The notes under the pieces are model-generated. The model did not search any database and was not told where the DNA came from. It was given only the letters and a program-made list of their open reading frames with translations. Position numbers and translations under genes: made by a program. DNA of 41,874 bases from Macrostomum lignano (lineage: Eukaryota): assembly GCA_002269645.1 (NCBI GenBank), contig NIVC01004564.1:1-41874 (forward strand). Reading direction: 5' to 3'. This document shows positions 1 through 10,916 of this stretch, one piece after another; position 1 is the first letter of the stretch, and each line of letters starts with the position of its first letter.

Positions 1-44
1 CCTGCGACCCGAGCGCACGGGTGAGACGGTAAGTGGCCAGCGAC

Positions 45-829
45 TGACAACACACGGAGCTAGTGAAACAGCACAGCGAGGCTAAAACGGCGGCTGCAGC
101 GGCCACACTACCGGTGGATAACAACAGCAGCCTCGATCACAGCGGCTGGAGCAGACAGCAGCGGTGGGGCTCGTCTGCTGGGCCGAAGCAGCAAGACTCG
201 CAGGCGGCTACCCAGCGCCCAGCAGCGGCAGCAGCTGCAACAACAGGACTCGCAGCCCCAGCAATCGCAGCCACTGCAATACAAGCGGCTCGTCCGACCC
301 CGACCGCCGCCGCCGAGTGCGGCTCAGCGGCTGCGCGAAAGTCGCGAGCAGCTGTCACTGCTCATGACGCTGCTCACTATTCAGATGCAGGAACGGCAGC
401 AGGCGATGCAACAGGCCCAGCTAGAGGCGAGGCGGCGCGAGATCGAGCGACGCAGGCAGCTGGCCGAGATTGACAACCTGAACAGGCGGCTGGCGCAGGT
501 GCCGCAGACGTTAACCAACCGACGCCGCAGCAGCAGCAGCAGCAACAACAAAGACAGTTGGGACAGCAGCAGCAGCCGCTGCAACAACCGCAACAGCAAA
601 GACAGTTGGCACAGCAGCAGCAGCCGCAGCAACAGGCCGCTCCACGGCTACCGGCTATTGCGCAAGCGTTCGAAGCAACTCCACAACGACTCAGAGAGGT
701 GTACTAGCAGAACAGGTGGCGGAGGTGGAGGCAGCAATGGTCACGCCTGAGACGCATGGCTGGTGCGAATGGCTAATGCAGCTGTCAGTGACCCAACTCG
801 CACCCGAACTCGAGGATACGGTGTATTGA
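45..829 (+). pseudogene. Gln-rich, coiled-coil-like coding segment broken by about three frameshifts (pseudogene or assembly indels); product unknown
   Basis: Protein-like text switches frame: frame 3 (..KQQDSQAATQ, to ~210), frame 1 (QQQDSQPQQSQ..LEARRREIERRRQLAEIDNLNRRL, to ~520), frame 3 (PTPQQQQQQQQRQLGQQQQ..PQRLREV, to ~700), frame 2 (VLAEQVAEVEAAMVTPETHGWCEWLMQLSVTQLAPELEDTVY*, TGA 827-829). GC-rich compared with the AT-rich flank after 830. No family recognised. Confidence 0.35.
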
Positions 830-2191
830 AAGACTTCGACTTGAATTTTTATATGCACCAAAAATCAGAATTTGTGCTTTTTTTCTGTGATCCCATGAAA
901 ACCGCTTTTGCAGACAAATAGGCTGGTTCGACTGTTTTATAGTGCGACTCTCTCTCCACACACACACGTGCATGTATGTACAGCGATGCACTGCTATCTG
1001 CAGTGCAACAGTAGCTTTCCACTGCATAGATGATTAAGTTTGTTACCTTTCCGCATCGCATTGTCCTAATGCTTTCAAATCTGAAACTATTTGCTTGCTT
1101 AACCGCTGTCAAAGTGCTATGTATTTTAGTTTTATAAATTTGCCAGGTCTTTATATTTTCCCTATAATATTATATAGAGTCAAGCTTTCTATAATCGCTA
1201 TCCAAAAATAGGCTGTCAATCGTGATTTTATTTCTGTAGAACGATAGATCGCATGTCCTAAATAAATGGACGTTCCGTCCACACAGATAGATAATATACG
1301 GTTTAAAAGCTTAAAAAAGGCAAAGTATGGAAGTCTTAAAAGTAGTCATGTATTTTAACTTCGTTAAAATTGTAACGCAGAAAGAGAATTTAATTACACG
1401 CAAATATCTACTACAAAGCTTTCATAGACAGACGGCTTCATTCTTAGCAGAATTTTTAAACCGTCAATTTTAACAAATGCAAGCGGTATTATACTACTGA
1501 TTAGAATGAAAGTAGTATCGCTTTTGAATATTGACAGTCACTCTATTAGTCATTTGAGCTGTGGTGCTTTGGACATAGGCTATAAAATAAACAAAAAAAT
1601 GGGAAAATGACTGTCGATACGGGACTGGGAGCTAAGTGACATGTTTATCTGACCAGTTTTACTATCCATTTTATATTAGTCTATGCACAATGACAAACGT
1701 GTTAGCATAAAATACTGTGTTTGTTATTGACTATAGTCAAGTTTGCTTGTCTAAAGTCCCGATCATCGTAAAAGCGAGATTTTTGCAGAGCCCATTTGGG
1801 CTTACACACATTGAGTTTAATCCAAGATATGTTTGCCAATTAGTAATGGAGCTTTTGTCTATGGTAGCAAAGGTGTGGTCCAACAATTTGGTCCATACCG
1901 GCATAACTGACAGGCAGTGAGGACGGAAGCACGAGAGCAAGATCAGCCCCAGAATCGGATAATACGCCAGACTGTTGAACAAACGCCATTGGCTTTTGAT
2001 CGAAGCGCATTTTTGACCATGCTAAATAAAATGCTCTTTTTGTTTTTGTTATAATTGAGCCAATTGAATTTTTGACGTCACCCTCTGGTACAAACTACAA
2101 CTATAACTCACGATTGGGTTTCAAATTGATGCTTATTGGACCAAATTAAACGTAATAGCAATTTTTCTAGCGAGTTCCGAGTTGCAGAGAC

Positions 2192-2562
2192 TCAAGGCGA
2201 CTGCGGATCGGCCACGGTATCCGACTCCTCCGTGACCTCCTCCTCGCTGATGCCCACCTCCTCCTCTTCGTCGTCCATCTCCTCATCTTCCTCCTCCTCT
2301 TCCGTCTTCTTCTTCCTCCTCATCTTCGTCGTTACGCCGCCGTCCTCGGAGGAGGCGAGCGAGGCCGACCGGCTGGCACGGACGGCGGGTGCAGCCGGCC
2401 TGCACAGCTGCTTGGCAGCGGCGGAGAACTTGGCAGCCAGCTGGGCCTCGAGCCGGCTCAGCAGCTCCTCCTCGTTCACTGGCCTGTCCGGGTCAAACCA
2501 GCACCGGCTGGCGAGGGCGGCAGAGTCTCAGAGAACAGCGTGGCAGTTGGCAAGCCGGCCAT
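2192..2562 (-). CDS. Small acidic protein of unknown family (helical N-part, Glu/Asp-rich tail); 5' part needs a frameshift or a splice
   Basis: ORF 2192-2479 reads VNEEELLSRLEAQLAAKF..KKKTEEEEEDEEMDDEEEE..PQSP*, GC-rich and codon-like. An upstream ATG at 2562 (after CAG|CCC) reads MAGLPTATLFSETLPPSPAGAGLTRTGQ* (stop 2476-2478), one base out of frame with the acidic ORF. The acidic frame itself has a TGA at 2528-2530. Confidence 0.4.
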
Positions 2563-2603
2563 GGGCTGCAATTGGGAATTGATGAATTTCGCCTTGCAAC
2601 TGT

Positions 2604-3440
2604 GAGCATCCTCTACTGAGCATCCTCTCTACTGAGCATCCTCTACTGAGCATCCTCTCTACTGAGCATCCTCTACTGAGCATCCTCTCTACTGAGCATC
2701 CTCTCTACTGAGCATCCTCTCTACTGAGCATCCTCTCTACTGAGCATCCTCTCTACTGAGCATCCTCTCTACTGAGCATCCTCTCTACTGAGCATCCTCT
2801 CTACTGAGCATCCTCTACTGAGCATCCTCTCTACTGAGCATCCTCTCTACTGAGCATCCTCTCTACTGAGCATCCTCTCTACTGAGCATCCTCTCTACTG
2901 AGCATCCTCTCTACTGAGCATCATCTCTACTGAGCATCCTCTCTACTGAGCATCCTCTCTACTGAGCATCCTCTCTACTGAGCATCCTCTCTACTGAGCA
3001 TCCTCTCTACTGAGTATCATCTCTACTGAGTATCATCTCTACTGAGTATCATCTCTACTGAGTATCATCTTTACTATCATCTTTACTGAGCATCATCTCT
3101 ATTGAGTATCATCTTTACTGAGTATCATCTCTACTGAGTATCATCTCTACTGAGTATCATCTCTACTGAGTATCATCTCTACTGAGTATCATCTTTACTG
3201 AGTATCATCTCTACTGAGTATCATCTTACTATCATCTTTACTGAGTATCATCTCTACTGAGTATCATCTTTACTGAGTATCATCTCTACTGAGTATCATC
3301 TCTACTGAGTATCATCTCTACTGAGTATCATCTCTACTGAGTATCATCTCTACTGAGTATCATCTCTACTGAGTATCATCTTTACTATCATCTTTACTCA
3401 GCATCATCTCTATTGAGTATCATCTCTACTAAGTATTATC
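2604..3440. repeat. 16-bp minisatellite ACTGAGCATCCTCTCT grading into the variant ACTGAGTATCATCTCT
   Basis: Direct tandem copies are visible; the unit switches at ~3010; occasional 14-bp units. Confidence 0.95.
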
Positions 3441-3790
3441 CTTAATAAATTCAAATCCCATGTACTTACAGCTAGAAAGATTAATATGTCTTAAAAAGTA
3501 CTATAGCAAATTATATAAAAAAGACAGGCAAAACATTGTAAGGCAACAACCAGGTCTCTTAATACGAGCTAATAGATCAACTATATAATTTTCGCATACA
3601 AAGAGTGCAAATTTTCGCGGAAAAATGCAGATCTCCTACTACATTTAAGAGCATAACTAAATGCTCAAAATATTGGTTGGTATGTAGTGTTAGACTCGTT
3701 TCTGTCTGTCACAATTGTTCTTAATATCTCCAGCTGAAATTTCTATAAACATGCGAGTATTCCCTATCTTTTAAAACACTGTGCACTTGC

Positions 3791-4115
3791 GACACCCTGC
3801 AGCACGTGACTGACACTCCCAATCCGACTTCATGACACCCTGCAGCACATGACTGACACTCCCAATCCGACTTCATGACACCTGCAGCACACGACTGACA
3901 CTCCCAATCCGACTTCATGACACCCTGCAGCACATGACTGACACTCCCAATCCGACTTCATGACACCCTGCAGCACATGACTGACACTCCCAATCCGACT
4001 TCATGACACCTGCAGCACACGACTGACACTCCCAATCCGACTTCATGACACCCTGCAGCACACGACTGACACTCCCAATCCGACTTCATGACACCCTGCA
4101 GCACACGACTGACAA
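3791..4115. repeat. 42-43-bp minisatellite GACACCCTGCAGCACATGACTGACACTCCCAATCCGACTTCAT, ~7.5 copies
   Basis: Direct tandem copies read from the sequence. Confidence 0.95.
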
Positions 4116-4166
4116 CCCAAACAGCTCTTTAACGCAAACATAAGCCAGCCAGCTGGCAATCGTGCA

Positions 4167-4552
4167 TCACAAGGCCTCTCGGCGGTTTTGCCTAGCCTTG
4201 GCCTGCTGCAGGAACTGGCCGTACTCGGAGGTCATGCCCTTGGCCTGCTGGCTCAACCGATTCGCTTCGTCGACGTCAGTCGGTCCGCCGTCGCCTCGCC
4301 GCATCATGACGGCCAACAGGCCGCAGCCGGCTCCGTCGCCGGCGTCGCACGCGGTGCCGGCCAGTTTGCGGGCCTCGGCAGCCTGGCCGGCCTGAAGGCA
4401 TTCAACAGCAGCGCTGACGCAGGCGAGGCCGACGCCGTCGCGATCGCCGGGACCGAGGCAGGCGCGGCGGAGCAGAGCCATGCCGGCTTCCAAGCTGCCG
4501 CGCTGCGGCCGCCGTCAATAGACGGGAGCGGGCCAGGCAAATACAGGAGCGC
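4167..4552 (-). CDS. COA7: COA7-like Sel1-repeat protein, exon 2 (last coding exon; 5' boundary or frame ambiguous)
   Basis: LEAGMALLRRAC..LACVSAAVECL..ARKLAGTACDAGDGAGCGLLAVMMRRGDGGPTDVDEANRLSQQAK resembles the COA7 C-terminal Sel1 repeats (human [31 protein letters not shown], recalled). Stop TGA at 4167-4169. Candidate acceptors: CAG|4552 or CAG|4502. An in-frame TGA lies at 4515-4517. Confidence 0.75.
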
Positions 4553-4619
4553 CTGCGGATTCAAGATTTAGCGCTTGCAAATTATGCTGTCTGTTAGCCT
4601 TGGTTTGTCTGCCTCCAGT

Positions 4620-5125
4620 GTTTGCGTTTCAGGTGCATTAGTGTCTGTCTGTGTTTCAGGTGTATTAGTGTCTGTCTGTGTTTCAGGTGTATTAGTGTCT
4701 GTCTGTGTTTCAGGTGTATTAGTGTCTGTCTGTGTTTCAGGTGTATTAGTGTCTGTCTGTGTTTCAGGTGTATTAGTGTCTGTCTGTGTTTCAGGTGTAT
4801 TAGTGTCTGTCTGTGTTTCAGGTGCATTAGTGTCTGTCTGTGTTTCAGGTGTATTAGTGTCTGTCTGTCTGTGTCTCAGGTGTATTAGTGTCTGTCTGTC
4901 TGTCTGTGTCTCAGGTGTATTAGTGTCTGTCTGTCTGTGTTTCAGGTGTATTAGTGTTTGTCTGTGTCTCAGGTGTATTAGTGTCTGTCTGTCTGTGTCT
5001 CAGGTGTATTAGTGTCTGTCTGTCTGTGTCTCAGGTGTATTAGTGTCTGTCTGTCTGTGTTTCAGGTGTATTAGTGTCTGTCTGTCTGTGTTTCAGGTGT
5101 ATTAGTGTCTGTCTGTCTCGGTGTC
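4620..5125. repeat. 27-bp (later 31-bp) minisatellite GTTTCAGGTGTATTAGTGTCTGTCTGT filling the COA7 intron
   Basis: Direct tandem copies; explains the spurious VSVCVSGVL and HLKHRQTLI ORFs. Confidence 0.95.
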
Positions 5126-5359
5126 TCAAGTGTCATAATCTCTGTCTGTCTCAGTGTCTCAAGTGCCCTAGTGTCTGTGTGTCTCTGTCTTAAGTGTTCC
5201 AGTGTCTCAGTGTTTCAATATCTGCCTGACTCGGTGTCTCAGCTCAAAGTCCCTATGTATCATTGTGTAAGTGGCTGTTTATGTACAAGTGTCTGACTAC
5301 GCCTTAGTCTCAATAATCTCAATGTCTCTATGCCTCAGCCAGCCAGCAGACCTACGCAC

Positions 5360-5772
5360 CGATGCAGCAGCCGGTTGCAGGCCCGGTCATAATAAGCATT
5401 AGCCTCGGCCGGGTCGCAGTCCGGATGCGCTGGAGCCCCAACCGGATGGCCATGCGGCCCGTTCCGCTTATAGTTGGCGTACTTGAAGCAGCTCTCCGCG
5501 TGGCCGTGAAGATCGCAGTTGTGCTTGAACACGGCCGCGCCCTCGGCTGGCTGCTTCCGCCACATGGATAGCCACTGGCCGAGTGAGTGACAGGCGTCCT
5601 TGTTACCGTCCTGGTAGCAGGCGTAGCTGAACTGGAAGCCCCGTTCGCGCATCTGTTCAACTAGTTCAGACTCCGTCTTTAGCTCCATCAGGCCGTGATC
5701 GGGGTTGGCAGGATCGTAATCGGCCGCAGCCTCCAATATTGGGTCATCATCTTCTTCCGGCTTCTTCGACAT
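5360..5772 (-). CDS. COA7: COA7-like Sel1-repeat protein, exon 1
   Basis: ATG at 5772 (MSKKPEEDDD..). FSYACYQDGNKDACHSLGQWL..AAVFKHNCDLHGHAESCFKYANY..AYYDRAC resembles human COA7 ([46 protein letters not shown], recalled). Donor CG|GTGCGT at 5360/5359; alternative donor TGC|GTAGGT 4 nt further on. Confidence 0.85.
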
Positions 5773-5856
5773 TGCCTGATGGCGAAGTCGCAGAAGTTTT
5801 GCCGATTGGCCGAATACACAGCAATGAAGAATATGTAGGGACAGACGGAATAAATT

Positions 5857-8800
5857 GCAGGTTGTTGACATGGCAGGTTGGTGAAATGGCAGTTTGGTAA
5901 AATGGCAGGTTGGTGACATGGCAGGTTGGTGACATGGCAGTTTGGGGAAATGGCAGTTTGGGAAAATGGCAGGTTGGTGACATGGCAGGTTGGTGAAATG
6001 GCAGTTTGGGGAAATGGCAGTTTGGGGAAATGGCAGGTTGGTGACATGGCAGGTTGGTGACATGGCAGTTTGGTGAAATGGCAGGTTGGTGAAATGGCAA
6101 GTTGGTGAAATGGCATGCTAGTGAAATGGCAGGTTGGTGAAATGGCATGCTAGTGAAATGGCAAGTTGGTGAAATGGCATTCTAGTGAAATGGCAGGTTG
6201 GTGAAATGGCATGCTAGTGAAATGGCAAGTTGGTGAAATGGCAGGTTGGTGAAATGGCAAGTTGGTGAAATGGCAGGTTGGTGAAATGGCAGGTTGGTGA
6301 AATGGCAGGTTGGTGAAATGGCAGGTTGGTGAAATGGCAGTTTGGTGAAATGGCAGGTTGGTGAAATGGCAGGTTGGTGAAATGGCAAGTTGGTGAAATG
6401 GCAGGTTGGTGAAATGGCAAGTTGGTGAAATGGCATTCTAGTGAAATGGCAGGTTGGTGAAATGGCAGGTTGGTGAAATGGCAGGTTGGTGAAATGACAT
6501 GCTAGTGAAATGGCAAGTTGGTGAAATGGCATGCTAGTGAAATGGCAGGTTGGTGAATTGGCATGCTAGTGAAATGGCAAGTTGGTGAAATGGCAGGTTG
6601 GTGAAATGGCAGGTTGGTGAAATGGCAAGTTGGTGAATGGCAAGTTGGTGAAATAGCAGGTTGGTGAAATGGCAGGTTGGTGAAATGGCAGGTTGGTGAA
6701 ATGGCAGGTTGGTGAAATGACATGCTAGTGAAATGGCAAGTTGGTGAAATGGCATTCTAGTGAAATGGCAGGTTGGTGAAATGGCAGGTTGGTGAAATGG
6801 CAGGTTGGTGAAATGGCAAGTTGGTGAAATGGCAAGTTGGTGAAATGGCAAGTTGGTGAAATGGCAAGTTGGTGAAATGGCAGGTTGGTGAAATGGCAAG
6901 TTGGTGAAATGGCAGGTTGGTGAAATGGCAGGTTGGTGAAATGACATGCTAGTGAAATGGCAAGTTGGTGAAATGGCATGCTAGTGAAATGGCAGGTTGG
7001 TGAAATGGCAGGTTGGTGAAATGGCAGGTTGGTGAAATGGCAAGTTGGTGAAATGGCAGGTTGGTGAAATGGCAGGTTGGTGAAATGGCAAGTTGGTGAA
7101 ATGGCAAGTTGGTGAAATGGCAAGTTGGTGAAATGGCAGGTTGGTGAAATGGCAGGTTGGTGAAATGGCAAGTTGGTGAAATGGCAGGTTGGTGAAATGG
7201 CAAGTTGGTGAAATGGCAGGTTGATGAAATGGCAAGTTGGTGAAATGGCAGGTTGGTGAAATGGCAGGTTGGTGAAATGGCAGGTTGGTGAAATGGCAGG
7301 TTGGTGAAATGGCAAGTTGGTGAAATGGCAGTTTGGTGAAATGGCAGGTTGGTGAAATGACATGCTAGTGAAATGGCAAGTTGGTGAAATGGCATGCTAG
7401 TGAAATGGCAGGTTGGTGAATTGGCATGCTAGTAAAATGGCAAGTTGGTGAAATGGCAAGTTGGTGAAATGGCAAGTTGGTGAAATGGCAGGTTGGTGAA
7501 ATGGCAGGTTGGTGAAATGGCAAGTTGGTGAAATGGCAGGTTGGTGAAATGGCAGGTTGGTGAAATGGCAAGTTGGTGAAATGGCAAGTTGGTGAAATGG
7601 CAAGTTGGTGAAATGGCAGGTTGGTGAAATGGCAGGTTGGTGAAATGGCAAGTTGGTGAAATGGCAGGTTGGTGAAATGGCAAGTTGGTGAAATGGCAGG
7701 TTGATGAAATGGCAAGTTGGTGAAATGGCAGGTTGGTGAAATGGCAGGTTGGTGAAATGGGAGGTTGGTGAATTGGCATGCTAGTGAAATGGCAAGTTGG
7801 TGAAATGGCAGGTTGGTGAAATGGCATGTTGGTGAAATGGCAGGTTGGTGAAATGGCATGTTGGTGAAATGGCAAGTTGGTGAAATGGCAGGTTGGTGAA
7901 ATGGCAGGTTGGTGAAATGGCAGGTTGGTGAAATGGCAGGTTGGTGAAATGGCAAGTTGGTGAAATGGCAGGTTGGTGAAATGGCAAGTTGGTGAAATGG
8001 CAGTTTGGTGAAATGGCAGGTTGGTGAAATGACATGCTAGTGAAATGGCAAGTTGGTGAAATGGCATGCTAGTGAAATGGCAGGTTGGTGAATTGGCATG
8101 CTAGTGAAATGGCAAGTTGGTGAAATGGCAAGTTGGTGAAATGGCAGTTTGGGGAAATGGCAGGTTGGTGAAATGGCAGGTTGGTGAAATGGCAAGTTGG
8201 TGAAATGGCAGGTTGGTGAAATGGCAGGTTGGTGAAATGGCAAGTTGGTGAAATGGCAAGTTGGTGAAATGGCAAGTTGGTGAAATGGCAGGTTGGTGAA
8301 ATGGCAGGTTGGTGAAATAGCAAGTTGGTGAAATGGCAGGTTGGTGAAATGGCAAGTTGGTGAAATGGCAGGTTGATGAAATGGCAAGTTGGTGAAATGG
8401 CAGGTTGGTGAAATGGCAGGTTGGTGAAATGGCAGGTTGGTGAAATGGCAGGTTGGTGAAATGGCAAGTTGGTGAAATGGCAGTTTGGTGAAATGGCAGG
8501 TTGGTGAAATGACATGCTAGTGAAATGGCAAGTTGGTGAAATGGCATGCTAGTGAAATGGCAGGTTGGTGAATTGGCATGCTAGTGAAATGGCAAGTTGG
8601 TGAAATGGCAAGTTGGTGAAATGGCAAGTTGGTGAAATGGCAGGTTGGTGAAATGGCAGGTTGGTGAAATGGCAAGTTGGTGAAATGGCAGGTTGGTGAA
8701 ATGGCAGGTTGGTGAAATGGCAAGTTGGTGAAATGGCAAGTTGGTGAAATGGCAAGTTGGTGAAATGGCAGGTTGGTGAAATGGCAGGTTGGTGAAATGG

Positions 8801-9308
8801 CAAGTTGGTGAAATGGCAGGTTGGTGAAACGGCAAGTTGGTGAAATGGCAGGTTGATGAAATGGCAAGTTGGTGAAATGGCAGGTTGGTGAAATGGCAGG
8901 TTGGTGAAATGGCAGGTTGGTGAAATGGCAGGTTGGTGAATTGGCATGCTAGTGAAATGGCAAGTTGGTGAAATGGCAGGTTGGTGAAATGGCAGGTTGG
9001 TGAAATGGCATGTTGGTGAAATGGCAGGTTGGTGAAATGGCATGTTGGTGAAATGGCAGGTTGGTGAAATGGCAAGTTGGTGAAATGGCAAGTTGGTGAA
9101 ATGGCAGGTTGGTGAAATGGCAGGTTGGTGAATTGGCATGCTAGTGAAATGGCAAGTTGGTGAAATGGCAGGTTGGTGAAATGGCAGGTTGGTGAAATGG
9201 CATGTTGGTGAAATGGCAGGTTGGTGAAATGGCATGTTGGTGAAATGGCAGGTTGGTGAAATGGCAAGTTGGTGAAATGGCAAGTTGGTGAAATGGCAGG
9301 TTGGTGAA
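5857..9308. repeat. 3.45-kb 16-bp minisatellite GGTGAAATGGCAGGTT (~215 units) with higher-order structure
   Basis: Continuous tandem copies with recurrent variants (GGCAAGTT, GCATGCTA, TTGATGAA); source of all the PFHQPAISPTCHFTNL ORFs. Confidence 0.98.
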
Positions 9309-9659
9309 AAAGCAATCGCATGCTGTTTAAACAGAATGACATTGAATACAGTCTTCCGTTGTCTCATACTCTTAGAATACCTCTGCCAAAAGAACAAACT
9401 AAATTTTCAGTACAGCTACCAAATCACTTATGATAGAAAAGAATCAGTCTGAATTATTATTTAGAACAAAGCAAACAATATACATTCGGCGCCAATGCGA
9501 GTGATTACATTTTGGCAAAATCATTATTAGAGACATCACAGAATCCGTACAGAAAACAAACTGACTTTTTATTTATTCAAGTCACGCAATATTAAATTCG
9601 CCTGGTGACAGAACATATGAAAAACTTACTTTGATTTGATTAATCATGAAACCATCCCA

Positions 9660-9850
9660 TGTCATTTGATTAGGGAATTAGGGATTCATTAGGGAATTCA
9701 TTAGGGAATTAGTCATGACACCATTTCAAATCATTAGATTAGTCATTACACTATACCAGACCATTAGATTAGTCATGATACTATCCCAAGCCATTGAGTT
9801 TGACACCATCCTAGGTCACTGAAATAGTCACGACACCATCGCAGGTCATT
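9660..9850. repeat. Short degenerate tandem repeats (ATTAGGGAATTC x3-4, then ~30-bp ATTAG..GTCATGACACCAT units)
   Basis: Imperfect direct repeats visible downstream of the WASHC5 stop. Confidence 0.5.
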
Positions 9851-10183
9851 AGATTTTTTATCATTGAAATATAGGATTTGCTTGTAGGACGCTACGCAAC
9901 AAGATTAATGCAAAGGTGCATTCGGGAATAATCAAAATTTGATCAGTAATAAAAATTTCAGATTATAATTTACCAAAATTAGCACGCAGAGAATGTTGGC
10001 TTGAAGTACAAACGAATTTGATAAGAAATCTCTCTGAATAATTCCACTCACTACTAACAGTAGCGCTAGTATTACTAGACGTTCAAAATGGCAGATGCAT
10101 AAGAATATTGTGATCAGGAAGTCGAAAACAACTTTGAAAGTTAATGCTTTTAATGGGCAAAATTTTCAAACGAAGAAAATGAA

Positions 10184-10340
10184 TCATTTCGAAGATTTCG
10201 CCTGACTGTAAAACTCCAGCAGGGCATAGGTCGGTATGTAGTTCTCCAGCTTCTTCATAGGCAGCCTAGATAGAAAGCAATAGTCGCGCAGGAATACCAT
10301 AGTATGAATGAGGTCTGGCGGGTACTCCGGCTGCTTGCCT
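10184..10340 (-). CDS. WASHC5: WASH complex subunit 5 (strumpellin), exon 8 (last; missing from the ORF track)
   Basis: Acceptor TTTCCTGCAG|A. Reads GKQPEYPPDLIHTMVFLRDYCFLSRLPMKKLENYIPTYALLEFYSQAKSSK* (TGA 10184-10186), matching the human C-terminus [43 protein letters not shown] (recalled). Phase 2 agrees with exon 7. Confidence 0.9.
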
Positions 10341-10385
10341 CTGCAGGAAAGTGTATTAGAAATTTGTGTATATTTTATTTACTAA

Positions 10386-10471
<86 letters not shown>

Positions 10472-10527
10472 ATAGTAGTAATAGTAGTAGTAGTAGTAGT
10501 AGCAGTAGAAGTAGTAGCAGCAGCAGC
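10386..10527. repeat. (TAG)n microsatellite grading into (CAG)n, filling WASHC5 intron 7
   Basis: About 40 TAG units read directly. Confidence 0.97.
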
Positions 10528-10537
10528 AAGCACTCAC

Positions 10538-10811
10538 TGCGGCAGCTGGTCCAACTGTGAGCGCACCACTTTGCCCAGCATAGCCAGCAGGTCTTCCTGT
10601 GTGTCGGAGTGAAACTGCCGCATGACGGTCACGCAGCCGGCAGTGAACGGCATCCCGTCGATGGTGCCAGCCCGTCTGGCTGTGAGAGTTGTGACGGACT
10701 TGTCAAACTGCAGAGCCTGCACAGCACCACTGATAGCCAGCAGCATCATGGCGGGCATCAGAGGCTGGCTCTCGGTGGTCACGTAGATCTTGCTTAGCGG
10801 CTCGTGCATGC
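10538..10811 (-). CDS. WASHC5: WASHC5 exon 7
   Basis: Acceptor CCCAG|GC; GMHEPLSKIYVTT..MRQFHSDTQEDLLAMLGKVVRS; donor CA|GTGAGT at 10538/10537. Confidence 0.9.
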
Positions 10812-10916
10812 CTGGGCAGGGCGAGGTGAGGTGTGGAATAAGAAAGAAATATACAGAATGTGGCCGTGCACGGACTACCAATCCAGGGTCTATCAGAAAA
10901 ATCTCTCGCCCCTCAC

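Noticed and set aside
1717-1982. Overlapping short ORFs on both strands
   Set aside because: No recognisable motif in any frame and no consistent splice sites.
5688-9397. Many long overlapping ORFs (PFHQPAISPTCHFTNL..)
   Set aside because: They are translations of the 16-bp minisatellite; the 16-aa periodicity equals three units, and there is no unique coding content.
10304-10612. Poly-Val and poly-Ser ORFs
   Set aside because: Translations of the (TAG)n microsatellite on the strand opposite WASHC5.
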